A stretch of 9,468 nt of DNA. Origin: Candidatus Heimdallarchaeota archaeon (GTDB lineage Archaea > Asgardarchaeota > Heimdallarchaeia > Heimdallarchaeales > Heimdallarchaeaceae). This document shows positions 6,001 to 9,468 of the stretch, in pieces. Within the stretch, counting starts at the first letter, position 1, and each line of letters begins with the position of its first letter. Location: the NCBI GenBank assembly GCA_030668875.1, contig DAOVER010000080.1, positions 1 through 9,468 on the forward strand, given 5' to 3'. The notes under the pieces are model-generated. The model was not told where the DNA came from. It saw nothing but the letters and a program-made list of their open reading frames with translations, and did not search any database. The translations under genes and the position numbers were made by a program.

Positions 6001-8940
6001 TTATCTTGGTTGATAAGCAAAACAGGAGATGGCATAAAGAAACTTTTCACAATGGCTGATGAGTTAGCTAAAGGATTATTGACAAGAATAAAGAATAAAA
6101 TCGCAGATATATTCTCTGTTTTATGGAAGAAAATTAAGGGATTATGGGAATTTGGTAATTGGAAACCTTGGAAAGATACTCGAATGCCTTGGTGTGTTGC
6201 GTGTTACTCAAATCTAGCAAAACGTAACATTAATGATGTCTTTGAAGTCATTAAAAACGGAGATGAAGTTTGGGCTACAATAAAGAATCTTGATCCTAGT
6301 TCATGGGATGCAATAAAACATGGAGCTGATTTCGGTTTTCCTGAAGACATTCTTAAAATGGATGCAATAGAAGAAACTGCAAGATTGATATCACCAGGAA
6401 AGTCAGTAGATGAACTGTTTGAAGAAGGAGGAGAATGGACAACAAACGCGAAATTCAGGGAAAGATGGCTCGATGCATCAAATGCTTTCTATAAATCATA
6501 TAAAGAAACAATAGGAAATTTAGTTGCTAAAACCACTATCAAGCAAAATCTGATTGATCTTCAAAGGACTCTTCCCAAAAACAATTTTATTGACCAAGCA
6601 CTTCAGAATGCGGAAATAAACTCAATTGATGATTTAGTCAATGATCCAGATGCTTTGAATGCGGTTTTTAAAAACAGTCAAAATCTAGAAGGTTTGTGGA
6701 AATTCTACTTGGAACAAGCAAATACTAAGTTAGCTAATCTAAAAATTTCAGATCCAGAACTTGCAAAATGTATAACTGAACTAACCGAAGAAGAAGCACA
6801 AGCATATGCAAAAACACTACTAGTACTATGTGGAGCAAATTCTGATCTAATGACACAACCTCCCGGTCCCAAGGTAGCTAATGCGTATGCTGAACCCTTT
6901 CAGAGAGCATGGATAAAACTAAGAATCGATGAAGATGAAATAAGAAACATAATGTATACTGACAAATTTGATGAAATACTTTCCATTGGAAATCCAGGAA
7001 AATACGAAAAAGGTGTGAACCTAAACAATGGATTCGATGATATTCTCATTGGAAAAACTGCTGATAATGCCTATTATTTGAGCTTCATCGAACAAAAAAC
7101 AAATAGCATCAAAATGGTTTGGCTGAGAGATGGAAAGGGTACTGAAGCCTCTCAAAAAATCTTCTTAAATGCAAAGGAAAGTATCGATGATATAGAATCA
7201 AAACTAATTACTTTAGGTTTCTCAAAGAAGGAAGCAGAACAGATAATAGATAATTTATTAAGTAGAGCTAGAGGAAGTCCCCCTAACATTGGAATTGATT
7301 TCTTAAGAAAAGTATCTAATGGAGATTTGCTTGAAACATTAAAAAAAGTGGAACCAGCGCTAGATCAAAATACTATAAATGAAATTATGGAAGCTGCTAT
7401 TAAACAAAATCAAATAATTTCCCTTATTGAAACAGGTTCAACATTTAAAATGGCTTTTGATGAAAATGGTTTTCTAACTGTTTTGAAGAACCAAGAAGAA
7501 CATGTAACAAACATTATAGATTTGAAATATATAAATAAACAGAATAATATTGTAGACATTAAATTTGATGGCTCAATTTTCAAAATAGATATTGATTGTA
7601 ATACAAATAAATTAGTTATTCCTGAATTTCCTGGCAACAACATCAATTTAGATAGTTTAACCACTGCAGAGAAAAACGCATATGTAGAAATCAATCAACT
7701 AATTCAGGATTCTGTTTCAAACATTGAACTTTCTATCATTGGTTTAACACCCAATGAAATCGCTGGTAGAGTAAATCAAATGCAGAAGGCAATTTATGAC
7801 AAATTCATATGTAATAATTTATTTAAAGAACTTCAAATCCTATCAGAAGGAAGTGTTGATTTCAGTTTAGAAACACTATCTAATCCCTCGTATGCAGCTT
7901 TAATTGCAAATCGATTGGAATCCTTTTGTGATACCCATAGTATAGTTACATACAATAGACATCAACAATGGACAGTACCTTTTGGTCAAAGATTTAGTGA
8001 GGTATTTGGAGGATATAGAACTGAAAGTGAGATTCAGAGAACCTTAAAGGAAAAATTAATGCGGTCAGCTTTACTTAACTCTGATTATGATGTTAGTGAC
8101 ATGTCTCTAGATGATTTAGAATGTCTTTTTGAATCCGACCCTGAGTTATGGAATGTAATAATGAGAAACTATAGTCCAGATACATCTACTCCTAGCGGAC
8201 CTTTCTTCAGACGAACATCTGGTGGAAGAAAGAAGACTCTCTATCCATACGATAAAAGCGGTAATCCTTTATTGAAAGATGGTAAAGAAATCTATTTTGA
8301 ATTTGATTTAGATAGCATTATTAACAAACTAAATTCTGAGCATCAAATTAATGATATGCTATTAAAAAATCCTGTTAAATTTCATTACGTGGATGGACAT
8401 TTATTTGCTGATTTTAATTACAATAGAATTGACGGTTTAGCTGAATCATGGGTAGACTTTCTCCGAAAGAAATACTCTGGAATTATTCCAGATGAGCAAT
8501 TTGAGCAACTATTATCTCGATCTAATCTTGAGCATTGTTGGGGTGTAAATTTATTTGATTTTGAAAATTCTGAAGATATGTTCCTTTTTATTATAATTCT
8601 TGAAGAATATAAGAATAATTGGGACGAATTTGCAAGGATAATAGATGATGGTATTGCAAATGGTTTCATAGACTTGGCAAATGATATAGATGTCTCAGTA
8701 CGCAGTACTGGAAGCGGTTTTGTGAATATCGACGGGGAAGAGTATACATTGAGAATGTTAAGTTCTGGGAATGATCGAATGAATTGGAATAAATATGAGA
8801 TTCCATGTGCAAAATCAGGTTTTGAAAGATTGTTAAATGATATAAAACAGCAGGTTTATGTAACAGTATTAGGATTTCCAGAAGATGTTACTGCAAAAAG
8901 TTTTCTTGATTGGATAACAGCAAATTGGCATTTTCTATAG
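1..8940 (+). CDS. Giant (at least 2979 aa, 5'-partial) multidomain surface/membrane protein with a putative PD-(D/E)xK nuclease domain; polymorphic-toxin-like
   Basis: Frame 1 has no stop from base 1 (GGT TAT TTC CTT GCA TTA AAC GCT ACC TCA GGA AGT GGG GTA = GYFLALNATSGSGV) through the TTG at 43 to TAG 8938-8940. A stop-free frame of 8.9 kb in AT-rich DNA is certainly coding. The product call rests on the motifs listed below. Confidence 0.93.
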   Translation, partial: GYFLALNATSGSGVLSVYRYDDGIATFLEDYSGLVDLSKDFNFGISVTAYSSYILMELILADQVLGSILDYTTTYSIGGYTGTAYYRNIDGLYGVINSYGVYHKYYYPTSDHLQFDTSSKDNAFVAGKLHVDSGSLQTDILDFTEQQTLTLVFTFEQWNPHIFIGLSTAAYNYGFRFYMGNVYKRTNSVDELLEDDWCKKNIGRTMYITIVYGLSDGSFNMQLFTDKSFRPVEGDPLYISFNPSFTEPIFEVSNLSTYRADLIVEAVELGGVYPIDVEFDDGSSTHTLRGSGEIAEYYLQATSQGSLKLNSLIESIFMKRQFYVLDGQNTTIALSYLSPGYHAESYSILIYNQEGVYLNISFSSGSNNCEEITVYYNNTVVMEELFSYSVPYYQWIDLSLTISPLLQVSFQVSHRGGSFSDSSSLSYYLDVDSYYNIKIIKPQSSADYSLYFSYISVYNGAGFSSSFTSGDLSEWIFSDKQYFEYSHDISTSPDLLSLYAEPLGGWADFTVSVDDGAYVRTTRLQVEDFETFKPYLIFLPNRVDTTEIHKYTIIVNGILTIYSLSFQESLLISDWLVAKPLDINNEEILNDFTQIGYLLEDFETDTFSNIDVVSDPTSTLGNVGKIIGEETLSLGSYIGGLCQNDLDLSLYYYWNGLGTHYPFELEYIVTNEYLVPSDQVEERTIRAIITPVIADEPNQPLFDACYTDGSNSSISYVHFKFSYVPNTWQFVYLNLASITAYSEQETTNPEEISGQWQLRWFEDIIFNNPQNGAEVYIDDIQAFNIYNEEREVSPFARAYLRTSSLNYGTEGIWVPEYVNSLGFLDFSLISNNETTLATEQAAFIVECDKEADVVVHVTSTHPFILYQGQVIMEHGTWISPNDPVDYYFTLHVFEGVNRFLIRTFHKQNGLFPWQIKVDFLTQTSVRMISSTYEARDESKVFDNSYEYSIADWLVSDRPVSFGDLDYVSYDKDPFVELDENTGHYFATRSLPYPDEQFNYTIHLDQYDKDITEWVGFDEFYNETGYMSYIDSNMNTTSIEFTDQIIYYTNLHFLESSPNDNTLKILLNYDPTSLVEAMYFDGQYIYGRLGEIGYLNSTSDFVNYISVTEFNGAYILEIPLSDAWETFGYDFEWQNWIHSRFDVEPEAGKIDISGRNNPSSAGVHRFSLVLRCPDNLDYISSDIFDIQANLTKYDDSINTFNQITEYISTKQSLSELSPLLQTDGDYRSLPSSGLQSGKQSYAGKKVLESEVSWDGFRYHTMRFVLIGVDQYGKYENMNGDETIDEKDATGLATYMIVNDAGTKHEHTSIVQHMIGPEGQSGDLQPTLLCPRYTMTAFATDSLLFSTSHLKLSQTSASNSSISPLSLELLLSEGKLTSFNIGSISLKDDTYKQSLSTFLASAESDIYISFSLSNEIRFTSGNETISLDIEYISLVVGEYRVDFSKYLQKLSISYSDNRNLEVIEIHLLSRVITHTDPIALHKSYHKIGQVNGFAIYDYNKILAISEGKLSPPQQVSLGLFDTLATYLTKIKGGFLTVIDGVNNVLDSFTVRYPGLNSRINSWFENLQDSVQNTLSYIGNVVTQTVERILTIFNDVVNIITNSLIDTMQGIIDWCIQLFKDAIIAYQILTNAVKNFLAKATAWISEAWDKVSEFFKMIGQAITDFFKMLGQIALKIIKGVASFYADLMRVGILFIFSILFGTNVGLHDTQDLMYVDGTYVFDNQTVTNYPQVYKLDHVIDVLAGRTDLEGELTEEELAEIAENSLNQGQGDNANPDQAERMLAEMGCETQGLTEKEKDFFDVFKWVCAVEDGGQWDYYFGLRKHLRLYGLNLFSENTFILICEIVIGFLPLGGLIQDVKDVCLEPMKFFRIFAGVMIPLDITELFGNVLSQVFGGLKDSCAGKGIGKALGGIKEFIKTIFGKVAKKLKEPLKRILKVAKNASLFFVALLCMVTIILIPMSALVFVGLAAAFLVIIGFIIFIVAAFKFLMKRIMKPLFEQMFRGLSWLISKTGDGIKKLFTMADELAKGLLTRIKNKIADIFSVLWKKIKGLWEFGNWKPWKDTRMPWCVACYSNLAKRNINDVFEVIKNGDEVWATIKNLDPSSWDAIKHGADFGFPEDILKMDAIEETARLISPGKSVDELFEEGGEWTTNAKFRERWLDASNAFYKSYKETIGNLVAKTTIKQNLIDLQRTLPKNNFIDQALQNAEINSIDDLVNDPDALNAVFKNSQNLEGLWKFYLEQANTKLANLKISDPELAKCITELTEEEAQAYAKTLLVLCGANSDLMTQPPGPKVANAYAEPFQRAWIKLRIDEDEIRNIMYTDKFDEILSIGNPGKYEKGVNLNNGFDDILIGKTADNAYYLSFIEQKTNSIKMVWLRDGKGTEASQKIFLNAKESIDDIESKLITLGFSKKEAEQIIDNLLSRARGSPPNIGIDFLRKVSNGDLLETLKKVEPALDQNTINEIMEAAIKQNQIISLIETGSTFKMAFDENGFLTVLKNQEEHVTNIIDLKYINKQNNIVDIKFDGSIFKIDIDCNTNKLVIPEFPGNNINLDSLTTAEKNAYVEINQLIQDSVSNIELSIIGLTPNEIAGRVNQMQKAIYDKFICNNLFKELQILSEGSVDFSLETLSNPSYAALIANRLESFCDTHSIVTYNRHQQWTVPFGQRFSEVFGGYRTESEIQRTLKEKLMRSALLNSDYDVSDMSLDDLECLFESDPELWNVIMRNYSPDTSTPSGPFFRRTSGGRKKTLYPYDKSGNPLLKDGKEIYFEFDLDSIINKLNSEHQINDMLLKNPVKFHYVDGHLFADFNYNRIDGLAESWVDFLRKKYSGIIPDEQFEQLLSRSNLEHCWGVNLFDFENSEDMFLFIIILEEYKNNWDEFARIIDDGIANGFIDLANDIDVSVRSTGSGFVNIDGEEYTLRMLSSGNDRMNWNKYEIPCAKSGFERLLNDIKQQVYVTVLGFPEDVTAKSFLDWITANWHFL
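370..1380 (+). other. Beta-rich N-terminal region, probably two concanavalin-A/LamG-like (lectin-fold) domains
   Basis: Alternating hydrophobic strands rich in S/T/Y/D, e.g. TLTLVFTF..HIFIGL..YGFRFY..MYITIVY and YQWIDLSLTI..VSFQV..YSLYFSYISVYN. The fold is assigned from the pattern only. Confidence 0.35.
1714..2760 (+). other. PA14-like beta-sandwich domain 1, interrupted by an inserted CBM-like domain
   Basis: First strand ISDWLVAKP (1714-1740). The domain resumes at GIWVPEYVNSLGFLDF..AAFIVECDKEADVVVHVTSTHPFILYQGQVI..FTLHVFEGVNRFLIRTFHKQNGLFPWQIKV. This resembles the recalled pattern I.DWLV.GP..G.IDF..AY..I.S....V.L..GSDD..V..NG..V..L..G.N.LLIK. Confidence 0.5.
1786..2352 (+). other. Galactose-binding-like jelly-roll carbohydrate-binding module (CBM4/9, CBM11 or CIA30-like)
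   Basis: Starts YLLEDFE (1789-1809), contains PNTWQFVYLNL and ends GAEVYIDDIQAF (YIDDI 2326-2340). The EDFE..W..V.I.L..YIDDI pattern is typical of this fold. Confidence 0.6.
2845..3510 (+). other. PA14-like beta-sandwich domain 2 (diverged paralog of domain 1)
   Basis: IADWLVSDRP (2845-2874) parallels ISDWLVAKP, and AGVHRFSLVLR (3478-3510) parallels EGVNRFLIR. The segment IIYYTNLHF..LKILLNYD..AMYFDGQYIY parallels the central strands. Confidence 0.4.
3823..3858 (+). other. EF-hand/dockerin-like Ca2+-binding loop
   Basis: NMNGDETIDEKD matches the 12-residue loop pattern (D/N)xNxDxxIDxxD and is followed by a short helix (ATGLATY). Only one copy was seen. Confidence 0.45.
4546..5094 (+). other. 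Long amphipathic alpha-helical tract, tape-measure-like
   Basis: About 180 aa with a single proline and a continuous hydrophobic face (..WFENLQDSVQNTLSYIGNVVTQTVERILTIFNDVV..AWISEAWDKVSEFFKMIGQAITDFFKMLGQ..). W/F/F fall at 11-residue spacing in its distal part. It ends in a short hydrophobic segment, VGILFIFSILFG. Confidence 0.55.
4948..5013 (+). repeat. Degenerate 33-bp (11-codon) tandem duplication
   Basis: gaattcttcaaaatgataggacaggcaataact / gatttcttcaagatgttaggtcaaattgctctt, with 19 of the first 23 nt identical. The copies encode EFFKMIGQAIT and DFFKMLGQIAL. Confidence 0.7.
5518..5580 (+). other. Pre-toxin (PT-TG-like) motif
   Basis: EIVIGFLPLGGLIQDVKDVCL resembles the GFIP.VG.I.D..D motif that precedes variable toxin regions in polymorphic toxins. 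The downstream TG..L...ER part of canonical PT-TG is not evident. Confidence 0.4.
5812..5946 (+). other. 45-residue uncharged hydrophobic segment (two-helix membrane hairpin)
   Basis: ASLFFVALLCMVTIILIPMSALVFVGLAAAFLVIIGFIIFIVAAF contains no charged residue and has a Pro-Met-Ser turn near the middle. Both flanks are K/R-rich (KKLKEPLKRILKVAK and KFLMKRIMK). Confidence 0.85.
6868..7140 (+). other. Putative PD-(D/E)xK (restriction-endonuclease-fold, Tox-REase-like) nuclease domain
   Basis: Helix KVANAYAEPFQRAW (E at 6892), strand NNGFDDILIG (D at 7036) and strand YYLSFIEQKT (E at 7090, K at 7096). The order and spacing match the E..G[FI]D....[YI]I.E.K core of REase-fold toxins. Confidence 0.55.
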
Positions 8941-8946
8941 AAAGTG

Positions 8947-9053
8947 TGGTAGTCCATAGGAGAAAATCGAACAGATATCACTCAAATATCTGTTTCTCGA
9001 ACTCCTGCCGCCGGATTCAAAGTCCGGTATCCTTGCCGCTAGACTAATGGACT
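8947..9053 (-). tRNA. tRNA-Gln: tRNA-Gln(UUG), intron-containing, CCA encoded, archaeal type
   Basis: Minus strand: AGTCCAT TA GTCT AGCGGCAA GGAT A CCGGA CTTTGAA TCCGG CGGC AGGAG TTCGAG[32-nt intron]T CTCCT ATGGACT A CCA. The acceptor (7 bp), anticodon (5 bp) and T (5 bp) stems pair perfectly, and the D stem has two G.U pairs. The anticodon TTG is at 9020-9018 and the spliced length is 75 nt. A1-U72 is the archaeal tRNA-Gln signature, whereas bacteria typically have U1-A72. Confidence 0.96.
8964..8995 (-). other. 32-nt tRNA intron at non-canonical T-loop position 59/60 with a relaxed bulge-helix-bulge motif
   Basis: The intron is AAACAGATATTTGAGTGATATCTGTTCGATTT. It has an inner 9-bp helix AACAGATAT/ATATCTGTT, a central helix TTCG/CGAT (3 WC pairs plus U.U) and 3-nt bulges AGA and TTT. 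Cutting after the 2nd nt of each bulge restores a 7-nt T-loop, TTCGAGT. Confidence 0.88.
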
Positions 9054-9060
9054 TACACTT

Positions 9061-9095
9061 ACTTTCTTTCATTTATGTATCCTTTTTAATTTTTT
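9061..9095 (+). terminator. Possible oligo(T) terminator for the giant gene
   Basis: This is the first T-rich tract downstream of the giant CDS on the + strand (actttctttcatttatgtatcctttttaatttttt). Archaeal intrinsic terminators are oligo-T tracts. Positional inference only. Confidence 0.25.
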
Positions 9096-9097
9096 CC
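9083..9097 (-). promoter_or_regulatory. Candidate archaeal BRE-TATA promoter for the tRNA
   Basis: The minus strand reads GGAAAAAA-TTAAAAA: a purine-rich BRE-like run followed by a TATA-like box about 30-36 nt upstream of tRNA position 1. This would give a leader of roughly 5-10 nt. The region is AT-rich, so a chance match is possible. Confidence 0.4.
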
Positions 9098-9132
9098 ATT
9101 AAATTATCTTTTTGTATTACCAACTTTTCATC

Positions 9133-9468
9133 TTATTTTGCTGGTTTATCTTGTTCTTTTTTTATACTATCTGCAAAATCCTTTACATCAGAGACTTGTC
9201 TTATCATAAATGAACCACCTAAACCACCTAAAATGGAAATAACACCTATCCAGAGAAGAAATCCAAAACCACTTATTGCGACACCATATTTTGAGATTGC
9301 ATACAAACTAGCATAAATTATATTTAACAAACCTCCAAATGTTGCTAAAGAGAATACAAAGAAGATTGCTGGGTGGAACTTTTTATTTACTTTTATCAGT
9401 TCGGGGTCTCTTTTCCAATCCTCTTCAATTTCATTGTAATATTCTACTTGTTTCTTAGGTCTAAAAGG
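9133..9468 (-). CDS. Small integral membrane protein, 5'-partial (at least 111 aa), two predicted TM helices, function unknown
   Basis: The frame is open from the right edge: PFRPKKQVEYYNEIEEDWKRDPELIKVNKKFHPAIFFVFSLATFGGLLNIIYASLYAISKYGVAISGFGFLLWIGVISILGGLGGSFMIRQVSDVKDFADSIKKEQDKPAK, with stop TAA at 9135-9133. The track's start at 9330 is an internal TTG. Two clear hydrophobic segments lie between charged flanks. Confidence 0.75.
   Translation of the reverse strand, partial: PFRPKKQVEYYNEIEEDWKRDPELIKVNKKFHPAIFFVFSLATFGGLLNIIYASLYAISKYGVAISGFGFLLWIGVISILGGLGGSFMIRQVSDVKDFADSIKKEQDKPAK

Noticed and set aside
6120-6300. Full thioredoxin/DsbD domain around WCVAC
   Set aside because: No preceding hydrophobic beta-strand or later cis-Pro strand pattern is recognisable. 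Only the five-residue motif matches.
6150-6900. Hint/intein autoprocessing domain before the toxin region
   Set aside because: No CF..GT start or HN terminus was seen, and the region looks helical rather than all-beta.
7930-8600. HNH/AHH-type or second PD-(D/E)xK nuclease in the tail (RHQQW, FEFDL, LEHCW)
   Set aside because: The partner catalytic residues are not at the expected spacing, so the region is left unassigned.
4690-8669. Minus-strand ORFs 4690-4872, 5233-5433, 5556-6050, 7410-7694 and 8418-8669 as nested immunity genes
   Set aside because: All are antisense to a clearly coding frame, and their F/S/I-rich sequences are what the reverse complement of K/E/N-rich codons gives. There is no independent support.
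8971-8995. Inverted repeat acagatat...atatctgt as a Rho-independent terminator of the giant gene
   Set aside because: It is fully explained as the inner helix of the tRNA intron on the opposite strand.
9073-9132. In-frame continuation after the TAA of the membrane-protein gene (DEKLVIQKDNLMEKIKKDT then TAA), suggesting readthrough or a recent nonsense mutation
   Set aside because: It is only 19 codons in A-rich intergenic/promoter DNA, which readily translates as K/E/D/N. It cannot be distinguished from chance without homologs.
9047-9316. + strand 89-aa ORF as a downstream immunity gene
   Set aside because: Its ATG lies in the tRNA acceptor stem, it crosses the tRNA promoter region, and it is antisense to the more convincing membrane-protein gene.
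1-9468. CRISPR array, RHS/YD repeats, IS element, integrase or a second copy of the tRNA 3' end
   Set aside because: None was seen by eye: there are no regularly spaced repeats and no spare coding capacity. A self dot-plot would be needed to exclude short repeats rigorously.

Overview
AT-rich window, most likely archaeal. About 94% of it is one giant + strand ORF that is open from base 1 (5'-partial, at least 2979 aa) and ends at TAG 8938-8940. Its apparent order of parts is: about 1500 aa of beta-rich lectin/CBM/PA14-like surface domains, an amphipathic tape-measure-like helical tract, a pre-toxin (PT-TG)-like motif, a 45-residue uncharged membrane hairpin, a WCxxC motif, a PD-(D/E)xK nuclease-like motif, and about 600 aa of unassigned C-terminus. 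This fits a giant polymorphic-toxin-like protein or a membrane receptor-nuclease, and no immunity gene follows it. Six bases after the stop lies the 3' end of a minus-strand tRNA-Gln(UUG) (8947-9053), which the ORF track does not show. The tRNA has an archaeal-type A1-U72 pair, an encoded CCA and a 32-nt intron in the T-loop (59/60) with a bulge-helix-bulge-like fold. A 5'-partial small membrane-protein gene (minus strand, 9133 to beyond 9468) lies upstream of the tRNA. All domain calls come from motifs recognised by eye, with no database searches. An Asgard-like origin is only a guess.
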